Assembly (NCBI GenBank): GCA_031414955.1
Contig: JANOQV010000125.1
Coordinates: 1-17,060, forward strand
Direction: 5' to 3'
DNA: 17,060 nucleotides
From: Pedosphaera sp.
GTDB taxonomy: Bacteria; Verrucomicrobiota; Verrucomicrobiia; Limisphaerales; SIBH01
In this document: positions 6,958 to 16,948 of the stretch, one piece after another
Layout: the number at the start of each line of letters is the position of its first letter
Position numbering within the stretch: position 1 is the stretch's first letter
Position numbers and translations under genes: made by a program
Notes under the pieces: generated by a model
Told to the model about the DNA's origin: nothing
Seen by the model: only the letters and a program-made list of their open reading frames with translations
Database searches by the model: none

Positions 6958-9900
6958 ATGAAAATGCCCTTCAACACCGTTCGTTCGGCGGCCCTGGCCG
7001 TCTTCGCCTTCGCCCTCGTCTCCAGTGTTTCCGCGCAAGTCATGCTGGTGCCGCGCGGCTCGGCCTGGAAGTACCACAACCTGAACACCGATCTCGGCAC
7101 GGCCTGGCGGACGGTCGGGTATGATGACAGCGCCTGGAGCGGGCCAGCGCCCGGCCCATTGGGCGACAACGTCGAAGGCGGCATCCAGCAATGCGCCTCG
7201 GTCATCGACATTGGTCCGGCCGGCGCTCGCTATCCTGGAGTTTATTATCGCCGGACCTTTTCCGTGACCTCCGCCGCCAGTTATTCCCAATTGACGCTGC
7301 GCCTGAACCGCGATGATTTCGCGGTCGTGTTTCTGAACGGCACGCTCCTCTACAACGACGGCGTGCTCAATCCGGACTCTCCGTTCGTCATTACCGGCGG
7401 GACGGCGACCGCCGGGGCTGACGAGGCCACTTTTTTCGAGTACACGGTTTCATCGGCGGGGCTGGTTGAAGGCGCGAATGTGCTGGCGGTGTTCACTGCT
7501 CAACAGGCGGCCGGCAGTTCTGATTTGCAATTCGATCTCGAAATGGTGGGCGAGGCCGACCTGGCTCCGCCGGTCATCATTGTCACGGCTCCCCCACAAG
7601 GCTCGACGGTGTTGAGCCTGACCTCCATCGAAGTGGTGTTCAACGAGGCGGTGCGGGGCGTGAACACCGCCGACCTGCTCATCAACACCATTCCAGCGAG
7701 CAGCATGACGAGCAACAATCCGAACGATTACACCTTCTTCTTTCCCCAACCTGGTACCGGCCTGGTGGCCGTGGCTTTCGACCCGGGGCATGCGATTACC
7801 GACGCCAGCGCCGGGGCCAATGCCTTCGCGGGCGCAAGCTGGACCTACACGCTGGATACGAACATCTCGACCCTGGCCAATGTGGTCATCTCCGAGTTCC
7901 TGGCCGACAACAACAATGGGGCCAAGGATGATGATGGGACGCGACAGGATTGGATCGAACTCTACAATTCAGGGCCGCTGTCCGCGAACCTTCAGGGCTG
8001 GTTCCTGACCGATGAGACGAACAACTTGACCAAGTGGCGCCTTCCCTCCGTGAATCTGGCGGCGAACAACTGGCTGCTCATCTGGGCGTCCAACAAGGAT
8101 CGCACCAACCCCGCCGCCCCGTTGCACACCAATTTCAAGCTCGCCAAGAACGCTGGCAGCTACCTCGCCCTGGTGGACGCAAGCACTAACATTGTCTCTA
8201 GCTTCAGCAACTACGTGGCGCAGTTGACCGACGTCTCCTATGGTCGCGATCAGCTCGATCCGAACCAGTTCGGCTATCTCACGCCTCCCACCCCGGGCGC
8301 GGCCAACGCACGGAGTGGCCCCGGCTTTCTTGGGCCACCGGTCGCCTCCGTGCCCAGCGGTGTTTACACCAACTCGTCGCTCACGCTTGCCCTGACCAAC
8401 ACCAATGGCTTCGGCACCATGCGCTACACCACCGATGCCACCGCGCCCACCACCAACTCCACGATCTACACCGTGCCGCTGGCTCTCTCCGTGAACAGCA
8501 CGATTAAGGCGCGCATCTTCCCGCCCGCCGGCACGAACCTGCTGCCCAGCGACGTGCTGATCCGCAACTTCATCTTCCTCGACACCACCTCGACCAACTT
8601 TACCTCGAAACTGCCTACGATGATCATCAGCACCGAGGGCCGGGGTATTCCGGCCAATGTTCCGCCGGGCGGTTCTCGGGCCAAGGGATCGGTCGTCATT
8701 ATCGACACCCAGAACGGGCGCAGTTCAATTCAGGCCCAGCCCGACGTTCAGGAAGTGGCCGATTTTGAAATCTATGGCCAGACCTCGGCTGGCTTTCCCA
8801 AGCTGCCCATCCGCATGGAGATTCAGGACGGCGTCGGCAACGACCGCGATGTCGGGATTCTGGGCATGCCGGCGGATTCCGACTGGCGCCTGCGCAATCC
8901 CTACAACGACAAGACGGAGATGAACGATTTCCTTGGCTTCGAACTGTGGGAGAAGATGGGGCATTACTCCGTGCGTCGGAAATTTGTGGAAGTGTTCGTG
9001 GACTCGGGCGGTGGCCGCGTCACCTACCCTGGCGACTACTACGGCATCATGGTCCTTTGCGAAACCATCAAGGTGAACAAAGACCGCGTGGACATTCCGA
9101 GGCTCTCTCCGTATTCGACAAATCTGACCGCCACCAACGGCGGCTTTATTTTTGCCCGCGACAAGGATAGCGGGGGCGATTTGAATTTCACCACTGTAGG
9201 CGGCCCCGGTTTTCAGGGCATCCTGATGAAACTGCACGAACCCAAGCCGAACGATTTACGCCTGCCCAACTTGCAAGGCGTGACCACAACCTTCCCCGGC
9301 CCCGGTTATACGCCTTCGGGCACGAACCAGATGACCTACTTGCGCAACTTCCTCGGGACGATGGAGCGTATGCTTTACACCAACGACTGGACTACGCGCA
9401 CGGGTACCAACCACTACTCCTACTATCTCGATCCGATTGCTTTCGCCGATCAGATGATCCATGTGGAGTTGACCAAGCAGATCGACGGCTACCGGTTGAG
9501 CGACTACTTCAACAAGGGCCAGGACGGCCGCATCGGTCCGGGGCCGGTCTGGGACTGGAACCTGGCCTTCGGCAATGCTGATTACGCCCAAGGTGGCATG
9601 ACCAACACCTGGTATTATGAGGTCACTGGAGAAGCGGATCATCCCTGGGCGCGGCGCCTGATCACGGGTGCTTCCAGCGCCACCGCCTCGACCGGCGATC
9701 CGAATTTCGTGCAGCTCATCTCCGACCGCTGGTCCATCTTCCGCACCAACATTCTCAACGGCACCAACCTGCTCCAGCGCATCGACGAGATCGCGATTTT
9801 GTTGCAGGAGTCGGCGGCGCGCGATCTGTACAGCAAATACCGTTCGGGGCTGATCGGCACCTACACCTGGCCGAACCCGGGCGGCACCGGGGACGGACGC

Positions 9901-12900
9901 GATGTCGATTACGTGCATCCGACCAATTATTTCGGAGTCATCGAGACGGTCGCCCCCACCAACCAGAACGGCAGCATTGTCGGCCAGATGAAGAAGTGGA
10001 TGCTGGGGCGTTTTCTTTGGTTTGACAGCCAGTTTACCGGGGTGCCGCGCTTCAGCGCGCCGGACGGGATGGTTTCCAATGGATTTCCCGTTACCATCAC
10101 GCCGCCGGTTGGGGCCACGCTTTATTACCGGTTGGATGGTGTTGATCCGCGCGCTTCGGGTGGATCAATTGTGTCCGGCTCCCTCTCCAACAACGGTCCC
10201 GTAATCGTGACGGTGAACGCCAACGTCCGCATCGTGGCCCGCGCCCAGAAGGCGGGCGCTTGGAAGAGCACCTTCAGCGGGCCTAACGCCGTCTCGCTCT
10301 ACACCATCGTGCCGTCCCTGCGCATTACTGAGATCATGTACCATCCCGGGCCTCCGCCCGCCGGCAGCACGAATGCCGCCGACGACTTCGAATACATCGA
10401 GGTCAAAAACATTGGAGCCGTGCCGCTGAACGTGAACGGCTACAGCCTCTCGGGTGGCGTGCAGTTCACTTTCCCGAACGTGTCCCTGGCCGCCGGCCAG
10501 TCCGCTGTCGTGGTCGCCAACGTGGCGGCGTTCCAGTCCCTCTATGGAACGAATGCCCTGATCCTCGGCACCTACACCGGCAGCCTCGACAACGCCGGCG
10601 ACCATCTCGTGCTCTCCGGCAGCCTGTTCGAGTCGATCCTGGATTTCTCCTATGCCGACAACTGGTATCCGGCCACCGACGGCGGCGGGTTTTCGCTCGT
10701 GGTGGTGGATGAAAACGCTGCCGCCAGCGCCTGGAACTTCTCCTCCAACTGGCGTCCGAGCGCGATCCTGGGCGGCTCGCCCGGAGTCAGCGATCCGGCG
10801 GCCATTGTGTTCCAGGTCGTGGTGGTGAATGAAATCCTGGCCAATGCCGACCCGGCGGCGGGCGACGCGGTCGAGTTGCGGAACACTTCCATTGACCCCG
10901 CCCCCATCGGCGGCTGGTTCCTCACCGACAACTTCGGCAAGCCAAAGAAATTCGTGATCCCGGCCGGCACCATCATTCCCGGCGGCGGCTTTATGGTGTT
11001 CTTGGAAACGAATTCCTTCGGGGCGACCAATGCCTACACCGCCAACGGCACCAACAGCTTCGGCCTCGGGGCCAAGGGTGATGACATTTACTTGTTCAGC
11101 GGCGACGGCACGAACCTGACCGGCTACGCGCACGGTTTCGACTTCGGCGCTTCCGCGAGCAACTCCACCCTCGGGCGCTACGTCATCAGTTCGGGCGCGG
11201 ATCATTTCGTGGCCCAGACCGCCAACACCCTGGGCGGAGACAACGCCGGCCCGCTCGTCGGCCCGGTCATCGTCAGCGAGATTCAATACCATCCGCCGGA
11301 CCTCGGGATCAACGGCATCGGCTTCAACGACACCGAGAATGAGTTCATCGAGTTGCGCAACCTCTCCGGCACCCCAGCCCCGCTCTACGATCCCTCCTAT
11401 CCGACCAACTCCTGGCATCTGCGCGAGGCGGTGGATTACGACTTCCCGTTGGGCGTCACGTTGCCCGCGGGCGGATACTTGTTTGTGGTGGGCTTCGATC
11501 CCGTGGCTTACCCGGCGACGCTGGCGGCCTTCCGCAGCAACAACCTCGTGCCCACCAATGTGCCCGTGTTTGGCCCGTGGTCCGGGAGTTTGAACAATGA
11601 TTCCGCGCGGGTGGAACTGGAACGGCCCGACGTGCCCGATACCAATGGCTCAGTGCCATATATTCTCGTCGAACGCGTGGGCTACTCGGACACGGCTCCG
11701 TGGCCGGCGGGTGCCGATGGCTATGGCCTGACCTTGCAGCGTGTCGTCGGCGGAAGCTATGCGAACGATGCGACGAACTGGGTCGCGGCGGCCCCGACGC
11801 CGGGCGGAGATTTCGTGGGCGGCGGCGTGGCCCCGGTCATCACCAGCCAGCCAGCCAATCTAAGCAATATCTTTGGGGCGAACATTGTCCTGTCGGCCTC
11901 GGCCACCGGCACCGAGCCGCTGCGGTTCCAATGGCGCTTCAATGGATTCAATCTGCCCGGTGCTACCAATTCGACGCTGCCTATTTCCAACTTCCAATCT
12001 TCGCACATCGGCACGTACAATGTTTTTGTCTTCAACAGCGCTGGTTCCGTAATCGGCACCAATTTCTCGATCTCGGGCCGCCTTCAGTTGCTCATTCTCC
12101 TCCAGCCGGTGGATCGGAGTTCTCTCGCGGGCCAGACCAACAATTTCCAGGTGGCGGCGGTCGGCACCGGCTCGATTCGTTACCAATGGCGCAAGGACGG
12201 CGTCAATGTCACCGGCTACGTGGCCACCAACGCCACGTTGTCCGTCACCAACAGCCAGTTGATCAACCAGGGCGCTTACACCTGTCTGATCTCCGATGAC
12301 ATCGACAGCCTCCTCAGCAATCCAGCCACCCTGACCATCATCGCTCGGCCCGCTTACACGCTGCATCCCATCGCGCAGACCGTGGTGCAGGGCGGCACAG
12401 TCAGTTTCAGCGTGGAGGCGAGTGGCACCGCGCCCATGAGTTTTCGCTGGCGCAGCAATGCGGTGACCTTTGTGCCGGCCGTTCCGCCCTTCACCAGCAA
12501 CACGGTCTATTTCACCAATGGCTATATTCTGACGGGTCTGTCGAATTCCATCCTGGTCCTGACCAACGTCGGCACCAATTATCACCTCGCTCCCTTCAGC
12601 GCGGTTATCACCAATCTTGCCGGTTCCGCCAGTGGGCCCCGCTCAGTCGTGCTGACGGTGCTGGCGGATACGGATCAGGATGGCCTGCCCGATTCGTGGG
12701 AAACCAACCGGGTCGGCTTCGGCGTCAACGATCCCGCCGATGGCCCGCGAGACGACGACGGCGATAGCATGACCAACGCCGAGGAGTATTTCGCGGGCAC
12801 TGATCCCTTCAACGCGGCGAGCTATCTGAAGGTCGAACTGCCCTCCCTCGGGCCGGCGCTGGTCCGCTTCAACGCCATTTCCAACCGCACCTATACCGTC

Positions 12901-13044
12901 GAGTACATCGACGGCCTCCAGTCGGCCCCGTGGCTGAAACTTGGCGATGTGCTGGCGCGAACCAACAACCGGGTGGAAGTGCTGACCGATCCGACGGCCA
13001 CGACCAACCGCTTCTACCGTCTGGTCATTCCCACCCGGCCCTGA
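6958..13044 (+). CDS. Secreted CotH kinase family protein with lamin-tail, chitobiase/Fn3-associated, Ig-like and TSP3-like domains (~2028 aa)
   Basis: Signal peptide MKMPFNTVRSAALAVFAFALVSSVSA/Q. N-terminal beta-sandwich (SAWKY...YDDSAW) and an Ig/Big-like domain. Four lamin-tail domains (VVISEFLADN..DWIELYN; ITEIMYHP..EYIEVKN; VVNEILAN..DAVELRN; VSEIQYHP..EFIELRN). CHB_HEX_C-like segments (RYTTDATAP, YYRLDGVDP). CotH core (MPADSDWRL..PYNDKT, IDGYRLS, GPVWDWNLAFGN). Three Ig domains (P.ITSQP..FQWRFNG), DTDQDGLPDSWE / DDDGDSMTNAEEYFAGTDP, and a C-terminal RFYRL domain. Confidence 0.92.
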   Translation: MKMPFNTVRSAALAVFAFALVSSVSAQVMLVPRGSAWKYHNLNTDLGTAWRTVGYDDSAWSGPAPGPLGDNVEGGIQQCASVIDIGPAGARYPGVYYRRTFSVTSAASYSQLTLRLNRDDFAVVFLNGTLLYNDGVLNPDSPFVITGGTATAGADEATFFEYTVSSAGLVEGANVLAVFTAQQAAGSSDLQFDLEMVGEADLAPPVIIVTAPPQGSTVLSLTSIEVVFNEAVRGVNTADLLINTIPASSMTSNNPNDYTFFFPQPGTGLVAVAFDPGHAITDASAGANAFAGASWTYTLDTNISTLANVVISEFLADNNNGAKDDDGTRQDWIELYNSGPLSANLQGWFLTDETNNLTKWRLPSVNLAANNWLLIWASNKDRTNPAAPLHTNFKLAKNAGSYLALVDASTNIVSSFSNYVAQLTDVSYGRDQLDPNQFGYLTPPTPGAANARSGPGFLGPPVASVPSGVYTNSSLTLALTNTNGFGTMRYTTDATAPTTNSTIYTVPLALSVNSTIKARIFPPAGTNLLPSDVLIRNFIFLDTTSTNFTSKLPTMIISTEGRGIPANVPPGGSRAKGSVVIIDTQNGRSSIQAQPDVQEVADFEIYGQTSAGFPKLPIRMEIQDGVGNDRDVGILGMPADSDWRLRNPYNDKTEMNDFLGFELWEKMGHYSVRRKFVEVFVDSGGGRVTYPGDYYGIMVLCETIKVNKDRVDIPRLSPYSTNLTATNGGFIFARDKDSGGDLNFTTVGGPGFQGILMKLHEPKPNDLRLPNLQGVTTTFPGPGYTPSGTNQMTYLRNFLGTMERMLYTNDWTTRTGTNHYSYYLDPIAFADQMIHVELTKQIDGYRLSDYFNKGQDGRIGPGPVWDWNLAFGNADYAQGGMTNTWYYEVTGEADHPWARRLITGASSATASTGDPNFVQLISDRWSIFRTNILNGTNLLQRIDEIAILLQESAARDLYSKYRSGLIGTYTWPNPGGTGDGRDVDYVHPTNYFGVIETVAPTNQNGSIVGQMKKWMLGRFLWFDSQFTGVPRFSAPDGMVSNGFPVTITPPVGATLYYRLDGVDPRASGGSIVSGSLSNNGPVIVTVNANVRIVARAQKAGAWKSTFSGPNAVSLYTIVPSLRITEIMYHPGPPPAGSTNAADDFEYIEVKNIGAVPLNVNGYSLSGGVQFTFPNVSLAAGQSAVVVANVAAFQSLYGTNALILGTYTGSLDNAGDHLVLSGSLFESILDFSYADNWYPATDGGGFSLVVVDENAAASAWNFSSNWRPSAILGGSPGVSDPAAIVFQVVVVNEILANADPAAGDAVELRNTSIDPAPIGGWFLTDNFGKPKKFVIPAGTIIPGGGFMVFLETNSFGATNAYTANGTNSFGLGAKGDDIYLFSGDGTNLTGYAHGFDFGASASNSTLGRYVISSGADHFVAQTANTLGGDNAGPLVGPVIVSEIQYHPPDLGINGIGFNDTENEFIELRNLSGTPAPLYDPSYPTNSWHLREAVDYDFPLGVTLPAGGYLFVVGFDPVAYPATLAAFRSNNLVPTNVPVFGPWSGSLNNDSARVELERPDVPDTNGSVPYILVERVGYSDTAPWPAGADGYGLTLQRVVGGSYANDATNWVAAAPTPGGDFVGGGVAPVITSQPANLSNIFGANIVLSASATGTEPLRFQWRFNGFNLPGATNSTLPISNFQSSHIGTYNVFVFNSAGSVIGTNFSISGRLQLLILLQPVDRSSLAGQTNNFQVAAVGTGSIRYQWRKDGVNVTGYVATNATLSVTNSQLINQGAYTCLISDDIDSLLSNPATLTIIARPAYTLHPIAQTVVQGGTVSFSVEASGTAPMSFRWRSNAVTFVPAVPPFTSNTVYFTNGYILTGLSNSILVLTNVGTNYHLAPFSAVITNLAGSASGPRSVVLTVLADTDQDGLPDSWETNRVGFGVNDPADGPRDDDGDSMTNAEEYFAGTDPFNAASYLKVELPSLGPALVRFNAISNRTYTVEYIDGLQSAPWLKLGDVLARTNNRVEVLTDPTATTNRFYRLVIPTRP

Positions 13045-13157
13045 GGGCGGTCTGCGGAAGCGGTGGCCAGCGATGCGCGAACTGGCGAACTAATCGATTC
13101 TCTGGCGCTTTGATTTCAAGCGTGCGAGCGGATGAGTGCCTGTTCCATAGTCGGCGC

Positions 13158-16100
13158 GTGATTCACCGAAGCGTCTGGATGTGGGTGGCTGCGATCTGGC
13201 TGTGGCCGGACCGCGCGGGAGCGGCGGAGGGCGGGCGCGAACCCGGTTTCCAGAGCACCGCGCTGACGGTCGCTGCGGGCGGACGCGCCGGGTTCAGCAC
13301 CATGCCGCCGGCGTCCACGGGAATTCGTTTCATCAACCTGGTGCCGGAGTCGCATTACCGAACGAACCAGATTCTGATCAGCTGTTCCGGCGTGGCGGCG
13401 GGCGATGTCGATGGCGACGGCTTGCCTGATTTGTATTTCACCGCGATTGCCGGCTCCAACGCGCTCTACCGCAATCTCGGCAACTGGCGCTTCGAGGACA
13501 TCACGGCTTCGGCCGGTGTGGCCTGTCCGAACCTGGCTTCATCGGGCGTGGCGCTGGCGGACCTTGAAGGCGACGGTGATCTTGATCTCGTCGTGAACTC
13601 GATCGGCCACGGCACGCGCCTTTACCTCAACGACGGCCGGGCACACTTCACCGAGTTGACGAAAGACCGGCCCTTGAACCTGGGCCAGGGCGGGATGTGT
13701 CTCGCGCTGGGTGATCTTGACGGCGACGGGTTCTTGGATCTCTACGTATCGAATTATCGCACCCTCGCGCTGATGGACATGCCGAACGCGCGCTTCTTCT
13801 TCAAGAAGCGTCCGGACGGCAGCCAGTATGTGAATTCATTCAACGGCCGGTCTGGTCAGGAGCCAGATTTGGTGAATCGCTTCGTGGTTTCACCGGTCGG
13901 TGGGATCGATGAGTTGGGTGAAGCGGATGGAATTTACCGGAATCTCGGCGGGACGAATTTCATCCCGATGTCGTTCACCAATGGCGCGTTCCTGGACGAG
14001 GACGGCTTGGCGCTGACCCGCCCGCCGTTCGACTGGGGCCTGTCGGTCATGATCCGCGACTTGAACCAGGACGGCCTGCCGGACATTTACGTCTGCAACG
14101 ATTTCGATTCCCCCGACCGCGTCTGGCTCAATCAGGGCGGCGGAAAGTTTCGCGCCGCGCCCCGCCTGGCGCTACGCCAGCAGTGCGTCTTTTCCATGGG
14201 CCTGGATGTGGCGGACCTCAATCGTGACGGTTTTGATGACATCTTCGTGGTGGACATGATGAGCCGCGATCACCTGCGTCGCATGGACTTTCTGCCGCAC
14301 CGGAAGCCGCCCATTCCCTTCGTCGGCGAAATGGACAATCGTCCGCAATACTCGCGCAACGTCCTCTACTTGAATCGCGGCGACGGCACGTACGCGGAAA
14401 TGGCGGCGTTCGCCGGGCTGGAAGCGACGGAGTGGTCGTGGTGCCCGGCGTTTCTGGATGTCGATCTCGACGGCTGGGAGGATGTGCTGGTCACGAATGG
14501 TCACGAGCGCGATGCGCGGGGCATGGACGTGCTGAACCGGATCAAGGCGATGCGCGCGGCGGGGGGATTGAAATCGGCCGAGGAAACGTTCACGGTGCGC
14601 AAATTGTTTCCGCGGCTGGCCACGCCGAATGTCGCCTTCCGCAACAACCACGATCTCACCTTCGAGGAGGTGGGCCAGCAGTGGGGATTTGATTTCGCCG
14701 GCGTATCCCACGGACTCGCGTTCGCTGACCTGGACAAAGACGGCGACCTGGACGTCATCCTCAACAACTTCAACGACCCGCCCACCCTGCTGCGCAACAA
14801 CTCGAGCGCGCCACGGGTCGCGGTGCGATTGAAGGGGCGCGCTCCAAACACGGCGGGCATTGGCGCAAAGATCAAAGTTTCCGGCGGCCCCGTGGTGCAG
14901 CAGCAGGAAATGATCGCGGGTGGGCGCTATCTGGCTTCGGATCAGGCGATGCGAGTTTTTGCCGCGGGCCATGTGACGAATGCCCTGACCATCGAAGTGA
15001 ACTGGCGCAGTGGCCGGCGCACCGTGGTGCCGGGCGCGCGAGGGAACCAGCTTTACGAGATTTCCGAGGAGGGCGCAGTGGCGGCGGCGAACCCCAAGAC
15101 GACCAATGGCGTCGGGCCATTTTTCGAGGACGTCAGCGCGCTGCTGAATCATACCCACGCCGAGGAACCGTTCGATGACTATGTGCGTCAGCCATTGCTG
15201 CCGAAGAAGTTGAGCCAGCTTGGTCCCGGCGTGAGCTGGTGCGACGTGGATGGCGACGGCTGGGATGACGCCGTGATTGCGAGCGGCAAGGGCGGCGCGC
15301 TCTCCGCGTTTCGCAACGACGGGCGCGGTGGATTCCAGCCCCTCAACCAGCCGCCCTTCAACCAGCCGGTGGCGCGCGACCAGACGACCGTGCTCAGTTG
15401 GCCGAAGGCTCCGGGCCAGATAACGCTCCTGACGGGCGCCGCGAATTACGAGGATGGAACCAATGACGGCAGTTGCGTGCGCGAATACGACCTGAGCCGC
15501 AAAATGACGGTCAACCGCCTGCCCGGCTTTGACTCGAGCACCGGCCCGCTCGCGCTCGCAGACATCGATAACGACGGCGATCTGGATCTGTTCGTAGGCG
15601 GACGAGTCATCGCCGGAAAATATCCAGCACCGGCTTCGAGCGCGGTGTTTCGCAACGTCGGCGGGCGCTGGGAACCAGACGTGGCGAATACGAAAGCGTT
15701 CGCCGGCCTCGGCCTGGTCAGCGGCGCGGTGTTCAGCGATCTCGATGGCGATGGGCTGCCTGACCTCGTGCTCGCCTGTGAGTGGGGGCCGTTGAAAATT
15801 TTCCATAACGAACACGGCACGCTCTCCCCTTGGAACCCAAGCGTCACCAGTCCCACCTTCAACTCTCAACTTTCAACCCTCCACGACTTGACCGGTTGGT
15901 GGAATGGCGTGGCCGCGGGCGATTTTGACGGTGATGGGCGCCTGGACATCGTGGCCTCAAATTGGGGCCGCAACACCAGCTCCGAGGCGCATCGCGCGCA
16001 GCCGCTGAAAATATATTATGGCGACCTGGCCGGGGATGGCTCCACCCAACTGATCGAATCCTACTTCGACTCCGCCTTGAAAAAGAGGGTGCCCGAGCGC

Positions 16101-16886
16101 CGCCTGGACTTCGTCGCGCGGGCGCTCCCCTTTTTGGCCGCGAGATTCCCGACCCACGATTCCTACGGCCGTGCCAGCGTGGAGGAGATTCTCGGCGAAC
16201 GCTTGGGCGCGGCGAAAGTGCTGGAGGCCGCCTGGCTGGAGACAACCGTCTTCCTCAACCGCGGCACGAATTTCATCGTCCGTCCGCTCCCCTGGCTCGC
16301 CCAGACCGCTCCGGCCTTCGGAATCTGTGTCGGTGATTTCAATGGCGACGGCCATGATGACATCTTTCTCGCTCAGAACTTTTTCGCCCTCCAAATCGAG
16401 ACACCGCGTCTTGATGCCGGCCTGGGCTTGTGGCTGCGCGGAGATGGCCGCGGCGAGTTCAGCGCGGTGAGCGCGGCCGAGAGCGGCGTGCGGATTTTCG
16501 GCGAGCAGCGCGGCGCGGCCCTCGCGGATTACGATGGCGACGGCCGGGTTGATTTGCTGGTCGGTCAGAACGGCCAACGCACGATGCTGTTTCGCAACGC
16601 CCGTGCGCGCCCAGGCCTGAGAGTCCGGCTGGCTGGCCCGCCCGGGAATCCGCAGGCCATCGGCGCGGTGTTGCGACTGGGCGATGCCTCTGGATTTGGT
16701 CCCGCGCGCGAACTTCACACCGGCTCCGGTTACTGGTCCCAGGACAGCACGGCCCCAGTGCTATCTGCACCATTCATCCCTAATCAGGTGTGGGTTCGGT
16801 GGCCCGGGGGCCAGATGACTACGAACAATATTGCACTTCGCGAGGGTGAATTGAGGATTTCAGCACCTGCGGCCTTGGCCCGGTAG
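13158..16886 (+). CDS. FG-GAP/VCBS repeat protein with ASPIC/UnbV domains (CRTAC1-like), ~1240 aa
   Basis: Many DxDGDGxxD FG-GAP motifs in two blocks, each followed by an ASPIC/UnbV-like domain (VRLKGRAPNTAGIGAKIKV...GGRYLASD...VNWRSG; VRLAGPPGNPQAIGA...GSGYWSQD...VRWPGG). Start uncertain (GTG 13122/13158 or ATG 13179). The ORF-track start at 12930 overlaps the upstream gene. Confidence 0.9.
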   Translation: MIHRSVWMWVAAIWLWPDRAGAAEGGREPGFQSTALTVAAGGRAGFSTMPPASTGIRFINLVPESHYRTNQILISCSGVAAGDVDGDGLPDLYFTAIAGSNALYRNLGNWRFEDITASAGVACPNLASSGVALADLEGDGDLDLVVNSIGHGTRLYLNDGRAHFTELTKDRPLNLGQGGMCLALGDLDGDGFLDLYVSNYRTLALMDMPNARFFFKKRPDGSQYVNSFNGRSGQEPDLVNRFVVSPVGGIDELGEADGIYRNLGGTNFIPMSFTNGAFLDEDGLALTRPPFDWGLSVMIRDLNQDGLPDIYVCNDFDSPDRVWLNQGGGKFRAAPRLALRQQCVFSMGLDVADLNRDGFDDIFVVDMMSRDHLRRMDFLPHRKPPIPFVGEMDNRPQYSRNVLYLNRGDGTYAEMAAFAGLEATEWSWCPAFLDVDLDGWEDVLVTNGHERDARGMDVLNRIKAMRAAGGLKSAEETFTVRKLFPRLATPNVAFRNNHDLTFEEVGQQWGFDFAGVSHGLAFADLDKDGDLDVILNNFNDPPTLLRNNSSAPRVAVRLKGRAPNTAGIGAKIKVSGGPVVQQQEMIAGGRYLASDQAMRVFAAGHVTNALTIEVNWRSGRRTVVPGARGNQLYEISEEGAVAAANPKTTNGVGPFFEDVSALLNHTHAEEPFDDYVRQPLLPKKLSQLGPGVSWCDVDGDGWDDAVIASGKGGALSAFRNDGRGGFQPLNQPPFNQPVARDQTTVLSWPKAPGQITLLTGAANYEDGTNDGSCVREYDLSRKMTVNRLPGFDSSTGPLALADIDNDGDLDLFVGGRVIAGKYPAPASSAVFRNVGGRWEPDVANTKAFAGLGLVSGAVFSDLDGDGLPDLVLACEWGPLKIFHNEHGTLSPWNPSVTSPTFNSQLSTLHDLTGWWNGVAAGDFDGDGRLDIVASNWGRNTSSEAHRAQPLKIYYGDLAGDGSTQLIESYFDSALKKRVPERRLDFVARALPFLAARFPTHDSYGRASVEEILGERLGAAKVLEAAWLETTVFLNRGTNFIVRPLPWLAQTAPAFGICVGDFNGDGHDDIFLAQNFFALQIETPRLDAGLGLWLRGDGRGEFSAVSAAESGVRIFGEQRGAALADYDGDGRVDLLVGQNGQRTMLFRNARARPGLRVRLAGPPGNPQAIGAVLRLGDASGFGPARELHTGSGYWSQDSTAPVLSAPFIPNQVWVRWPGGQMTTNNIALREGELRISAPAALAR
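15856..15881 (+). repeat. Heptamer-repeat tract in-frame within the FG-GAP gene
   Basis: CCTTCAACTCTCAACTTTCAACCCTC. 15863-15877 is identical to 6026-6040. Encodes TFNSQLSTL. Confidence 0.65.
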
Positions 16887-16948
16887 TTAGGCTCCTCGCC
16901 CTGAGAGCCTGTTTGAAAAGTCACTGGGGCAGCGAAAGGTGCCCGCCC

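Noticed and set aside
7450..16773. Minus-strand and alternate-frame ORFs inside the two large plus-strand genes (e.g. 10165..11418, 14172..15869)
   Set aside because: Shadow ORFs expected from GC-rich codon bias.
16889..16920. Terminator or IS/MITE end (AGGCTC...GAGCCT-GTTTGAAAAG)
   Set aside because: Short stem with a weak U-tract. A partner inverted end would lie outside the window, so it cannot be tested.
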